A stretch of 64,000 bases of DNA from Carpediemonas membranifera BICM. Taxonomy: Eukaryota > Protista > Fornicata. Shown in pieces: positions 10,690 to 21,289 of the stretch. Where the stretch lies: NCBI GenBank assembly GCA_019828565.1, contig JAHDYR010000064.1:248001-312000 (forward strand), read 5' to 3'. How positions within the stretch are numbered: position 1 is the first letter of the stretch; every line of letters begins with the position of its first letter. A model generated the notes under the pieces. That model saw only the letters and a program-made list of their open reading frames with translations. It made no database searches and had not been told where the DNA came from. The position numbers and the translations under genes are program-made.

Positions 10690-12100
10690 GCCCCACACCA
10701 GCCTGGGCCGGCTGTGGCGGGCGGTACGAGTCAGGTGCGATGGGGCCTGGTAGGGGCCGTGGTGGCCGTGGTCGTGGGCGCTGTGCTTGTGTGTGGGTGC
10801 TGCTCGGGCGGGGCGGTGATCGCGGCGGTGGTGGCCGTGGCGCAGATCGTCGGCGACCCGTACCGCGAGCCGCTCGCGTGGAAGTGACTGCAGCGATAGT
10901 TTATGTATAAAAGGGGCGCTCAAGCGAGGGGCATGTAGGTGCGGGCGGCGCACATGCCGGTCAGGCCGACCCATAGGGAGCGCTCGATGTCGTTGATGAG
11001 GGAGGACGCGCCGATGCGGAAGTAGTTGCTGTTGAGCCACTCGACGCCGAGCTCCTCGCGGATGAGCGAGAGCCAGACGAGGGCGGTCGCGGCGTCGTTG
11101 ATGCCGCCGGCGGCTCTTGAAGCCGACCATGTGGCCGGTGAGCTCGTAGTACTCGCGGATCTGGCGCACCATGGTCATGCCGATGGGGAAGGTGGCGTTG
11201 ACCTCCTCCATGCCGGTCGACGTCTTGATGAAGTCAGCGCCGGCCATCATGGCGATCATGGAGGCCTTGGCGAGGTGGGTGAGAGTGGGCAGCTCGCCCG
11301 CGGCCATGATGACCTTGAGCGTGGCGCCGCTGCAGGCCTCGCGGAAGGCGCGGAGCTCGTCGTAGAGCTCGGCCCACTGGGCGAGGGCGACCTTGTCGCG
11401 GGAGATGACGACATCGATCTCCTCAGCGCCGTCGACGACGGCCTGGCGGATCTCGGCAAGCTTGACCTTGAGGGAGGTCTGGCCGGAGGGGAAGCCCGTG
11501 GCGACGGACGCGACGGGGATGCCGGTGCCCTTGAGCGCGCGGACAGCGTCCTTGACGCGGGCGGGGTAGACGCAGACGGCGGCGGCGGTGAGGTCAGCCT
11601 TGCCGAGCTTCTTGATCATGTCCTGGCGCACAGGCATCTTGGCCTTCTCGCAGAGGCGGAAGACGCGCATGGGGGTGTCGTTGCCCTTGAGGGTGGTGAG
11701 ATCCATGCAGCTGATGGCGCGCATGAGCCAGGCGAGCTGGTAGTCGCCAGTCACCATGCGGCGCGTGCCGAGCTCGCCGCATCTGCGCTCAGTCGCCGCC
11801 TTGTTGACTCTGATGGCGTTGATGATGCCCATATCGAGGGGCATGCCGGGATTGCGTTCTTGCTGGACCATTTCACTGTTTCTGTGCCTTCAGGGAACTG
11901 TAGCACCGATTCATTGCGCTCCGTAGCGGCGGGGATCAAAACGTATCGACAGCTGACGATCATGATCGCAAAATATCGGCGGCATCCGGCGTCCCCGGGG
12001 CCGTCCAGGGAGCCCCCCGCGCGGTGGCAGCCGCCCGATTCGCCCGCCTTCCGTCCCGGCGTGGTTGGCAATCGCTCGCTTGAATTACTCAAACGAAGCG
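10690..12100 (-). repeat. Left arm of a 1.41-kb inverted duplication (partner 14374-15783)
   Basis: Reverse complement of 14374-15783; the only difference I found is one extra base at 11115 (1411 vs 1410 bp). Confidence 0.95.
10920..11871 (-). pseudogene. DERA: Frameshifted copy of deoxyribose-phosphate aldolase
   Basis: Same as 14603-15553 except TTCAAGAGCCGCC versus TTCAAGGCCGCC. The +1 shift after GFK removes the AAGGI and RIGASS motifs. Confidence 0.85.
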
Positions 12101-12181
12101 GACCGCGACTGACGACAGAGATGTCTGAAAGTTACCCGAATCACTCTTACACTAAGTAGTACTCAGCTGCCCGTATGTACT

Positions 12182-12982
12182 TTAGAAATAAGCGTCAGAA
12201 GAAGTCGTACCCCTCGGCTTCCGGATCTTGTCCATGTTCTTCAGCAAGATGTCGTAGAGCACCTGGTAGTTGTTCTTCAGGTCGTTGTAGTTGATTCTGA
12301 AGTTGAGGAGCTCCTTCTCGTCCATCTCGACGAGGGCGCGGATGTAGTCCTCGACCTCGGGATGCTTGATGATCTTGGCTACAAGACGGCCGCGCTGAAC
12401 AAGGAACTTGAAGCTTCCGTCAAGAAGGCCGAGCACAGCGTCCTCAGCGCGGGACAGCTCAGCAACAGTCTCCTCCTGGATCGAGACGCCGAAGTTGTTT
12501 CCGTCCTCGATGCGGGGGATGTTGAGCTGGATCCACATCTTGGCGTGCCCGACGATCTCGAGAAGATCGTGGACCTGCGCCTTCATTTGGGCAAGGAGCT
12601 CAATGAAGCTCTCGTTGCTGCGGGACAAAATACCATTCCTCTTCGCCTTCAGCTCATCGCTAATGTCAATGGGGGCATCATCGATCTCCACGCGAGCGCG
12701 CTTGCTAGGAAGAGTGGTAGCGTCGGTCTCATCGGCGCTGAGGGACAACTTTGCCATCATCTCTGTTCTGTACTGTCCGGGATAGGACGTGTGAAGGAGA
12801 GGGTGGGTCTCAAGGAGCTCATGCAAGAGGAGAATCTTGCTGGGCATGTGAACAAAGATGCTCTTCTCAGCCTGCGACTCATAGGCTCCTGTGATCGACT
12901 TCAGCTTCTCTGCGAGCGCCTTTGCCTCCTTTGCTATGGTTTTGTCCTTAATCGAGCTAGTTGGATCAATTTCTTTCGGCAT
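12182..12982 (-). CDS. Proteasome activator PA28/11S (PSME3-like)
   Basis: Activation-loop motif WIQLNIPRIEDGNNFGVSIQEE and C-terminal KNMDKIRKPRG. Confidence 0.93.
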   Translation of the reverse strand: MPKEIDPTSSIKDKTIAKEAKALAEKLKSITGAYESQAEKSIFVHMPSKILLLHELLETHPLLHTSYPGQYRTEMMAKLSLSADETDATTLPSKRARVEIDDAPIDISDELKAKRNGILSRSNESFIELLAQMKAQVHDLLEIVGHAKMWIQLNIPRIEDGNNFGVSIQEETVAELSRAEDAVLGLLDGSFKFLVQRGRLVAKIIKHPEVEDYIRALVEMDEKELLNFRINYNDLKNNYQVLYDILLKNMDKIRKPRGTTSSDAYF

Positions 12983-13160
12983 GCGTGCTCTTCTTCGGTT
13001 TTCTGCCTTGTATGAGGCCGGGTTCAAAATCGCCGGCTAAACTGCGGGAAGATTTGAATCAATCTTGAGGCTCGGGTGACCTGAACACACTGATAGACGC
13101 GGACACGCCATCCATGTAGCTTCGTGTTCGTTTCTTTGACTCGTCTTGAAGTCTGCTGAC

Positions 13161-14315
13161 ATGAGCTCGTCGATTGAAAGAGGCACAAATCCTTTTCCAA
13201 TGAGCACCAAATCCCCATCAAATACAAACAAGCTCGAAGTAACGTCGCCAAGAGCGCGTGATGCTGAGTTGGAGCATTTCTCTCATCTTCCTACGATGCC
13301 AAGCCCATCCCCACGAAGGAGCAATCCTCGCATCGTCGTTAACAACTATGACACCATCTCACCTGTTCTCATGAAGGAACCTCTTCCTGTTGGGCCCGCA
13401 ACAGGACATATTTTGACTCACTTTCTCACGTTCCTCATGTGCCGCAAAGGCCAGCTTCCGGGCACTATCGCGCAGATGAAGAAGAGCGTCAGTCAGGCGA
13501 GTCCTGTGAAGCGTAAGAGCAAGGGTGTTCGCGACCTTCAAAAGGCACTCGCCTCCTATGAGGCGCTTTCCAATGCTGTCACTCAATTCGAAGCGTGCGG
13601 CATCAAAGAGGCCCTCGTTTACTTTGGGAAGACGATGCAGCGCCCCACTGAAGTGTATCACATCTCGATGGACATGGGCGAGCCTGCTAAGAAGTTCCCT
13701 ATTGAAGCCTATGGCCGCCGTCTTGCGCAAGCCCTGGCCTTGGCCGACACGCTCCCCAGTCGCAGCACAACTGACCCCATGTATGTCCTTGTGCTCGGCG
13801 ACACTGGGCTCGCGGCAGGTTTGGAACCCGCCGTCAGCCGTCTGACACTCGGCAAGTCGGCTACCATCCACCATATCGTTGTCGGAGACCACGCAACTAT
13901 GGCCCTCACGTCGACCCGCAACATCCGGCTGATGGAAACGGACGGGCGACGGACCATCGGCCTGAGCGTGTCTGAGGCGGCGCCTCCGAGCCCCACGAAG
14001 GCAGAGGCCGCTAATGGGGATGAACCCACCGCGGAGAAGGCCCCTGAGAAGGACGATACGGAAGAGGAAGAGAAGGACGACTCCGAATATCACTCTTCCA
14101 GCTCCTCGAGCTCTTCCAGCTCATCAAGCTCTGATGACGAGGATGAAACCAAAGGGAAGCCCAAGGAGGCCCCCGAAGAGGCCGAGAAGCCGGAGACAGA
14201 GGAGGCTGAGGCTGAAGATGCCCAGGCCCCCGCCCCCAGCGGTGTCCTCGGCTGGTTCCGGCTGCCGGGCGAGCTCCGGCCTGTCCATTCTGGGGCGGCC
14301 TTCGGCGTGTACTAA
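13161..14315 (+). CDS. p31comet (MAD2L1BP)-like HORMA protein with an acidic/Ser-rich insertion
   Basis: FLTFLMCRKGQLPGTIAQM, LQKALASYEAL, LVYFGKTMQRPTEVYHI and RRLAQALALAD occur in the same order as recalled p31comet blocks (LKHIMYQRQQLP, LILLGG...PKEFY, RRLFRAIFMAD). Confidence 0.6.
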   Translation: MSSSIERGTNPFPMSTKSPSNTNKLEVTSPRARDAELEHFSHLPTMPSPSPRRSNPRIVVNNYDTISPVLMKEPLPVGPATGHILTHFLTFLMCRKGQLPGTIAQMKKSVSQASPVKRKSKGVRDLQKALASYEALSNAVTQFEACGIKEALVYFGKTMQRPTEVYHISMDMGEPAKKFPIEAYGRRLAQALALADTLPSRSTTDPMYVLVLGDTGLAAGLEPAVSRLTLGKSATIHHIVVGDHATMALTSTRNIRLMETDGRRTIGLSVSEAAPPSPTKAEAANGDEPTAEKAPEKDDTEEEEKDDSEYHSSSSSSSSSSSSSDDEDETKGKPKEAPEEAEKPETEEAEAEDAQAPAPSGVLGWFRLPGELRPVHSGAAFGVY

Positions 14316-14373
14316 ATTCTTGATTACTTGGACGTATGTTGGCTTTATCTCGTGGTTTTGAGCGTTCGCGGCA

Positions 14374-15783
14374 CGCTTCGTTTGAGTAATTCAAGCGAGC
14401 GATTGCCAACCACGCCGGGACGGAAGGCGGGCGAATCGGGCGGCTGCCACCGCGCGGGGGGCTCCCTGGACGGCCCCGGGGACGCCGGATGCCGCCGATA
14501 TTTTGCGATCATGATCGTCAGCTGTCGATACGTTTTGATCCCCGCCGCTACGGAGCGCAATGAATCGGTGCTACAGTTCCCTGAAGGCACAGAAACAGTG
14601 AAATGGTCCAGCAAGAACGCAATCCCGGCATGCCCCTCGATATGGGCATCATCAACGCCATCAGAGTCAACAAGGCGGCGACTGAGCGCAGATGCGGCGA
14701 GCTCGGCACGCGCCGCATGGTGACTGGCGACTACCAGCTCGCCTGGCTCATGCGCGCCATCAGCTGCATGGATCTCACCACCCTCAAGGGCAACGACACC
14801 CCCATGCGCGTCTTCCGCCTCTGCGAGAAGGCCAAGATGCCTGTGCGCCAGGACATGATCAAGAAGCTCGGCAAGGCTGACCTCACCGCCGCCGCCGTCT
14901 GCGTCTACCCCGCCCGCGTCAAGGACGCTGTCCGCGCGCTCAAGGGCACCGGCATCCCCGTCGCGTCCGTCGCCACGGGCTTCCCCTCCGGCCAGACCTC
15001 CCTCAAGGTCAAGCTTGCCGAGATCCGCCAGGCCGTCGTCGACGGCGCTGAGGAGATCGATGTCGTCATCTCCCGCGACAAGGTCGCCCTCGCCCAGTGG
15101 GCCGAGCTCTACGACGAGCTCCGCGCCTTCCGCGAGGCCTGCAGCGGCGCCACGCTCAAGGTCATCATGGCCGCGGGCGAGCTGCCCACTCTCACCCACC
15201 TCGCCAAGGCCTCCATGATCGCCATGATGGCCGGCGCTGACTTCATCAAGACGTCGACCGGCATGGAGGAGGTCAACGCCACCTTCCCCATCGGCATGAC
15301 CATGGTGCGCCAGATCCGCGAGTACTACGAGCTCACCGGCCACATGGTCGGCTTCAAGGCCGCCGGCGGCATCAACGACGCCGCGACCGCCCTCGTCTGG
15401 CTCTCGCTCATCCGCGAGGAGCTCGGCGTCGAGTGGCTCAACAGCAACTACTTCCGCATCGGCGCGTCCTCCCTCATCAACGACATCGAGCGCTCCCTAT
15501 GGGTCGGCCTGACCGGCATGTGCGCCGCCCGCACCTACATGCCCCTCGCTTGAGCGCCCCTTTTATACATAAACTATCGCTGCAGTCACTTCCACGCGAG
15601 CGGCTCGCGGTACGGGTCGCCGACGATCTGCGCCACGGCCACCACCGCCGCGATCACCGCCCCGCCCGAGCAGCACCCACACACAAGCACAGCGCCCACG
15701 ACCACGGCCACCACGGCCCCTACCAGGCCCCATCGCACCTGACTCGTACCGCCCGCCACAGCCGGCCCAGGCTGGTGTGGGGC
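14374..15783 (+). repeat. Right arm of the inverted duplication (partner 10690-12100)
   Basis: Contains the DERA upstream region, the DERA CDS and the 3' end of the FG-GAP gene. Confidence 0.95.
14603..15553 (+). CDS. DERA: Deoxyribose-phosphate aldolase (long, human-DERA type)
   Basis: MDLTTL, AAVCVYP, VATGFPSGQ, GADFIKTSTG (Schiff-base Lys), GFKAAGGI, FRIGASSL; very GC3-rich codons. Confidence 0.96.
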   Translation: MVQQERNPGMPLDMGIINAIRVNKAATERRCGELGTRRMVTGDYQLAWLMRAISCMDLTTLKGNDTPMRVFRLCEKAKMPVRQDMIKKLGKADLTAAAVCVYPARVKDAVRALKGTGIPVASVATGFPSGQTSLKVKLAEIRQAVVDGAEEIDVVISRDKVALAQWAELYDELRAFREACSGATLKVIMAAGELPTLTHLAKASMIAMMAGADFIKTSTGMEEVNATFPIGMTMVRQIREYYELTGHMVGFKAAGGINDAATALVWLSLIREELGVEWLNSNYFRIGASSLINDIERSLWVGLTGMCAARTYMPLA

Positions 15784-17010
15784 GCACTGGTCCCACGCCA
15801 AGGGCGGGTCACCCACAACGCAGTCAGCAGCCACGGTGTATACAATGCCAGCGTGTGACATGGTGGCAGGAGCACCAGTGGCTACGAGGCGGTCGGATAC
15901 TGCGACGCTGGACCCCGTCATCCCAGCCACAGAGTTGATGGGGAATACTGGGGCTTCGAAGACGAATTGAGAGGTCTCCGCGTCATACCGATAGACTAGT
16001 GCTGCACCGGTACCTACGCCGCTGGTCTTGTCGCTTGTGTCGCCCACAACTATGACGGAGCCGAGGGTGGCAATGGCACGACCGAAGCCAACATGCTCGA
16101 CAGTCGACGCAGCTTCGAGTTTTTGGACGATCGTAAGCCCATCGTCGCTATAATAATAAAGGTTGACTGCCCCAATGTCGACAAACTCCCCAGTATCACG
16201 CTCTCGCTCGGAAATGAACCCAACCGCGAGTAGACCGGCGTCACACGCAAGTGATCGCCCATAGCTATGAGTATTAGCTGTCGCTGTGATCATATTCCTA
16301 AACTGCCAAGCGGGTTGGTCATTCATGACGACTCGGCGATAAACTGACACCGAACCCTTGTATGAGCTGGGAGCTGGCGCCCCAGCGAACAGCCAGCCAT
16401 CGTGCATAGCTACTACTGTGCCCATTTGAGCCCCACCGACCTCTGGCGCCGAGGTGAGCAGCGTGCCCACCCCCCACTGGTTGTCCGCCCATTCGAACAT
16501 CTGAACACCGCCTGCTCCGCTGAATTGGCCTGGGATGCCTACTGCCACTGAGCCGTTGTGAATGTCGACGGACAGACCGAAACGCCAAGCTTCGTTATGG
16601 GTTGGAAGGAGAAATTGGAAAAAGTCGACGGAAGAGGCTGACCGGGCATATGCAGCGGCATAGCCAGTCTGCGAGTTGTTTCCAGGACATCCCACGATGA
16701 GCCAGTCTTCGTCAAGCCCGAGAGAATGCCCGAAGAAGGCGGGCATTTCGATCATCGGAAAGAGAAGGGCCTGAAGAGACCATTCGGTGCCAATACGCTC
16801 AAGAACAGTGACACTACCCACTGGTTTGTCTAGCTCTTTCGCGAATAGCGCGAAAACTGAGCCCACGGCGGCTACAGACCCTTTGAGGCGCACAGCGTGC
16901 CCAAAGTCAAGGTTCGTGTCATTTTGGTCAGCAAAGAGCGTCTGCTGATACAAATGAACAGCAGTAACAGCGTGAATAACGAGCAATATGCCCCACCAGC
17001 GATTCATCAT
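15586..17010 (-). CDS. Secreted/membrane FG-GAP repeat beta-propeller protein
   Basis: Signal peptide, about 7 FG..V/L..G..L.VG.P repeats and a hydrophobic C-terminal segment. Confidence 0.82.
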   Translation of the reverse strand: MMNRWWGILLVIHAVTAVHLYQQTLFADQNDTNLDFGHAVRLKGSVAAVGSVFALFAKELDKPVGSVTVLERIGTEWSLQALLFPMIEMPAFFGHSLGLDEDWLIVGCPGNNSQTGYAAAYARSASSVDFFQFLLPTHNEAWRFGLSVDIHNGSVAVGIPGQFSGAGGVQMFEWADNQWGVGTLLTSAPEVGGAQMGTVVAMHDGWLFAGAPAPSSYKGSVSVYRRVVMNDQPAWQFRNMITATANTHSYGRSLACDAGLLAVGFISERERDTGEFVDIGAVNLYYYSDDGLTIVQKLEAASTVEHVGFGRAIATLGSVIVVGDTSDKTSGVGTGAALVYRYDAETSQFVFEAPVFPINSVAGMTGSSVAVSDRLVATGAPATMSHAGIVYTVAADCVVGDPPLAWDQCAPHQPGPAVAGGTSQVRWGLVGAVVAVVVGAVLVCGCCSGGAVIAAVVAVAQIVGDPYREPLAWK

Positions 17011-17151
17011 TCATTCGTCTTCGTTGCAGTCATACCGACTCAAACTCGATCCAGCCGCCTGGCCCCAGGCGCCCTCACTGGCCACGCCCCACACTCTATC
17101 GCAGCAAGACAGCTCTGATTTACCGGATACTCAAACAACGCCGCTCCATCA

Positions 17152-18148
17152 TCACTGATAAAGCTTAATCAGCTCATCGCTCACTGCATTCGGGGTGAGT
17201 GCCCCAAGGTCAGTAAACAGAAGCGTAATGAGCTCGGGTGGGGTGTAGTCCCGCTGAGGCGCCACAGAAGTGGACGAATACGACCCATCCACTTCCTGAG
17301 AGATGAGACCAAGCTTGGTCAAGTCAGTCTGCCGCAAGGGATACGACTTGTTGAACTTGTAGGCCTCAACAGCAACATAAACTGGGACGTCGAAGCGGTC
17401 GGCGAGCATGGCTATCTGATACGTGCCCGTGCGGTTGATGATACCACCAGTCTCGACAACTGCTTCGGCCCCAATCATCACGGCATCAACACGGTCCATC
17501 ATAAATCCAATCGAAAGATCGGATACGACCTTGACCTTCACATATTGGCTCAGATCACTAGCATACTTGTTAAAAGCGGACTGCTCGTCGTTCTTGGCGT
17601 CGGCCGCTCCGCACTGGGTGACGAGAAGTGTAAACTCGGTGGAGTTGGGGACTGCGGCGTCGTGGAGAACTCTGTGGACCACGCGAGAGTAGCCGTGGAC
17701 AAGAACGGTCACGCCGTCAGTGATGAAAGCGGACCCGAGCTTGCTGATCTTGCGCCATGAAGTTTCAGCGGCGCTGACGAATCCGCTCGCACGATCGATG
17801 AGAGTCTGCCTGCATTCCTCGAAGTCTGGGATCTCCAGACCTGTGCGAGTGATAAAGCGGAGGAACAGGGCGCATCCAGAGCTCACGGAGGGCTCTTGGG
17901 AGTATTCTGTGAGGACCTTGCGGCCTTCCTGGATGATGGCCTGGAGCTCCATGATCGTCATCGCCTCGAAGCCTGCTGACTCTGTGGTGGCACCAACAAG
18001 CATGCTGAGGGATCGGATGGCGGCAATGGCGTATGCACAGCCAGGCGTGTCAATCGCGTTAGTGAAGACGGTGATGACTGCGTTAGGAGATGAATTGGAA
18101 CAAACCAAGATCTTCAATCTTAGCCTTAAGATCATCAGAGATCTGCAT
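17152..18148 (-). CDS. EIF2B1: Translation initiation factor eIF2B alpha subunit; intron 18078-18105
   Basis: SGCALFLRFITR, VLVHGYSRVV, GAEAVVETGGIINRTGTYQIA, DYTPPELITLLFTDLG.LTP.AVSDELIKLY. A 28-nt intron joins MQISDDLKAKIEDL to the ORF; an alternative in-frame ATG lies at 18160. Confidence 0.92.
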
Positions 18149-18380
18149 GGTGTATGGCATGCGTTCAGCCCTTTTGCTTCGTTGCCAGCTTTTTTCACGC
18201 ATCACTGTGACGGAGGTCGCAAATCGTCACGCCGGTTCCCGCATGATGTTGGGCAGCATCACGTAATCAGCTACTAGCGTCCATTTTATTAGATGTGCAG
18301 AATATGCTCCGCTCGGCCTTTTCCTGGACCCGGATGGAGGAAGAACAAATACCGTTCATTAGAGATGCTGAATCATCCGT

Positions 18381-19511
18381 ATGTTTCCAATATTATCCAT
18401 AATGCAGGATGATATGGATGATGAGGTCTTCGTCACTGAGAATGAGAGTGATGATGCCGACGATCAGCCAATAGGCGTTATCCCAGAGGCAGAAATCGCA
18501 GATATTGAACGGCCACTAAGACAATATCACACAAGAAGCCGCCGCTTCCGTAGACGCTACCAGCCTCGTTTTGAACGCGCATATCCCGCGCTCATCCCAG
18601 ACTGGCGCCAAGCAGTCACAGAAATGACCAGCCAATACCTGGACCTCAGCGCTGAGATCTCAGTGGCCGGCCTGTGCTCCCAGAGTCTTCCTGCTGCCCA
18701 CCTGGCGAGCTGCGTGCACACGCGGATGACCCACCTCTGCAGCTGGACCTCTGCGTCCATTTTGATCGCCCAGTCGATGCCTGGAGGGGTTTATACCGAC
18801 TTTAACACCATTGTGCCCCCACCCCTGGCTTCTAAGGTCCAGGGCGTCCTTCTCGCGCTTTCATCAATTGATCGCACACACTACCTTTCCGACAAGGAAG
18901 GAAGGCGGGTCATCCGACGTCTAGCAGCCGACCATGGAGCAAGGATTGACCCCAACACTGTAGAGCTCGAGTCGACGATGTTTAGAAAAGGCGAAGTGCT
19001 TCCTCCAGTTTGGGATGACGATGACGATCATATCCTGGTAGCAGCAATCAGACGGCATCGGTTCGACTGGAAGACTATACAGGCGGCTCATTTCCCTGCC
19101 TACGCGTCTGATTGGATTCGAACGCAGTTTGTGGCACGGACGAGAATCAGCGCCCGGCCAAACTTCTTACGGTATGCCCGTATCCAGTGGCTCAAGCAGC
19201 AGTGGATGAGCTGGTGCGATGAGGAAGCCGAGTTCTTCATCGAAATTATGGAAGAGATCGACCAGATGCTCGAAGAGTCACGAGCTGGAGACAGACGGCG
19301 GCAAATGGTTCGATGGATGGATGTATACAGCAGAATGAAGCAGAGGTTCGGGGATACTTTCGGACCGCCCGCTGACAGGTACAGACTGGGCTACATGAAG
19401 TGGCGGAATATTCATCGAAAGAAGGGGACGACACCAATGTTCATACCTGCTACAAGGGAGGAGCTGGAGCCTGCAACACCGGTGCAGCGTGATGGTGGAG
19501 GCCAGGGCTGA
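18381..19511 (+). CDS. Myb/SANT-like domain protein
   Basis: WDDDDDHILVAAIRRHRFDWKTIQAAHFP...WIR is Myb-like; a second Trp-spaced segment starts at WCDEE. Start codon uncertain. Confidence 0.55.
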   Translation: MFPILSIMQDDMDDEVFVTENESDDADDQPIGVIPEAEIADIERPLRQYHTRSRRFRRRYQPRFERAYPALIPDWRQAVTEMTSQYLDLSAEISVAGLCSQSLPAAHLASCVHTRMTHLCSWTSASILIAQSMPGGVYTDFNTIVPPPLASKVQGVLLALSSIDRTHYLSDKEGRRVIRRLAADHGARIDPNTVELESTMFRKGEVLPPVWDDDDDHILVAAIRRHRFDWKTIQAAHFPAYASDWIRTQFVARTRISARPNFLRYARIQWLKQQWMSWCDEEAEFFIEIMEEIDQMLEESRAGDRRRQMVRWMDVYSRMKQRFGDTFGPPADRYRLGYMKWRNIHRKKGTTPMFIPATREELEPATPVQRDGGGQG

Positions 19512-19561
19512 GGTGCTGGGCTGGGCTGGGGTCAAGGCTGCAGACGTCGTAGATGTAGAGA

Positions 19562-20198
19562 GTGCATGGTTGCCGTTGTTGTGTTGGTCTGGCCCGGGGC
19601 CTGGTCCATGGCGACGGTTGGTATACTGCCCAAGGAATAGTCGACCCAACCCGCCTCACCTTCCTCGCCTGCCCCAAGGCCGCCGAGCTCGAGGCCAGCC
19701 TGCCCGCATGGGAGAAGCACATGATGGTGACAGACGTGTTGATAGTGGGCAATAAGACGTTCATTCTCACCCCGATCGGCACTGTCATGAGTGGCAATCA
19801 CTCACTTTGGTTTTAACGAATTTATCCCTGTCTATAAAGTATTTACCGGCCATGTCGAGAACGTCAACAGCCGTCTATTCCGCCCAGTCGTTGTGCTCGC
19901 TCACTTTGTCCCAGATCACACCATACATGGGCAGAACATCACTGTCATCTTCTCCATGGGCGGTTGGAAGGTGAGCAGTGGGAGCAACACTCGTGGCCGG
20001 CTGGGGCAAGGGCATGAGAAAGATATGTCTGGATTTGTCGAGCTGCCCTTCAGGGTCGAGTGGATCGTGTCGACGCTTCTTTTCAACGTCCTCTTCGGCG
20101 GCTCCAGGTGCTCTTCGCTGGCCATGTTCCATCTCATATCGCGCACTCAGGCTTGCTGCCTGGATTCAACTGCACAGGTTGGCTTGAGACTGGACTAG
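19562..20198 (+). pseudogene. Frameshifted paralog of the RCC1-like gene at 21290-22231
   Basis: Two consecutive frames give LPAWEKHMMV...KTFILTPIGTVMSG and RLFRPV...GSNTRGRLGQGH...FVELPF, matching LPPRKKHELV...RTILVTQVGTYMAG and RIFMPV...GRNNHGQLGLGH...FTPLPF. I found no intron that repairs the frame. Confidence 0.65.
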
Positions 20199-20600
20199 TC
20201 GATGTGGATCCAGTGATACACGAGATTTGAACAGATTTGAAATTGCCGACGACCCACCCGTGATGTCCCGGATGTTGCTGGTTGTGGTGGTGAGTGTTGC
20301 TTGGGCGGGAAACAGGCTGTGGGACGCTGGCGTTCTCTGGTCTTGTCCGGTTCGCCATTTATGAATTTACTCGATTGTATGTAAACATGTACATACCATT
20401 ATTCAGCCATTGCGGGGCGCCGAAGCGCCTCCACGCTGACTCCGCTGGATGGCGGCGGTGGGAGGGGGTGGGGGGAGATGTGGAGGATTGATCACGGACG
20501 TGGCCAGGTGGAGCAGGCGGTGTGCCTTGCGGAGCTCGAATTTATGTTTGAGACATGTATCACATGTATCACTTGAACACGACCACCACCGCTCATTCCA

Positions 20601-21215
20601 TTGTTTCTTTCAGCTCTTTCTAGCGCTAATTCACAAGACAAGCGGCTAAAGACTGACTTATATGCTGCGTATGCACTTTCGTTTGATGTGACAGCAACAA
20701 TTCCGGGTGCTATACCGCATCTGATCTCCGCAGCGTTCCAGGCCTTCTTTAACCACACAATACAAAAGAAATGCTCCAAACTCGCCAATATGAATACATT
20801 AGAAGATCTTCTTGCTCTTCTAAAGACGATTCAATCGCACTTCTCCACCACTGGACCAAGCAGCTTTGTCAAGCTCAAGCACAAGCCCGAGCTGACCCGC
20901 GCAAAGTCCCTCATCGACCGAGCTGTGTCTATTCTGACTGATGGTCCACCCCTTAGCATGAACGTGGAGCTGGCGGATGGAGAGGAGCTGCCAGACCTCT
21001 TTCACACTCTGCTGCAAGGGACGATTTGGGCAATCATGGTTCAAGCTGGGGCTAATCCTGACGTTGATAGTATAAGAACGCCAGCAAAGAGGGCCTTCTT
21101 CTTGGAGAAGGACAACGTCCTCTGGTTTCTGTGCAAGAAATTTTTCTTCACAATGCAAGTGGGCGCCAAAGATTGCGATATTTTTTCATTTTCATCTCAA
21201 GATGGATTCTTGTAG
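20601..21215 (+). CDS. Hypothetical protein
   Basis: 204-codon open frame; no motif recognised; start uncertain. Confidence 0.35.
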   Translation: MFLSALSSANSQDKRLKTDLYAAYALSFDVTATIPGAIPHLISAAFQAFFNHTIQKKCSKLANMNTLEDLLALLKTIQSHFSTTGPSSFVKLKHKPELTRAKSLIDRAVSILTDGPPLSMNVELADGEELPDLFHTLLQGTIWAIMVQAGANPDVDSIRTPAKRAFFLEKDNVLWFLCKKFFFTMQVGAKDCDIFSFSSQDGFL

Positions 21216-21289
21216 ATTATATCTACTGTGGCAGATTATTCCGTCGATTTAGGGGCAGTACCTCCTGGCAGCGCCAGACACCGCGTATT

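Noticed and set aside
10429-11871. 480-aa ORF read as an extended DERA
   Set aside because: The extension results from the 1-bp frameshift reading through the duplication junction.
13147-13157. TGAAGTCTGCT, an 11-bp match to the transposon left end
   Set aside because: The match stops there; no right end or TSD found nearby; may be chance.
11026-15343. Long antisense ORFs over both DERA copies (also 48784-50703 and 30952-31746)
   Set aside because: Shadow frames caused by GC3-biased codon usage of the real genes.
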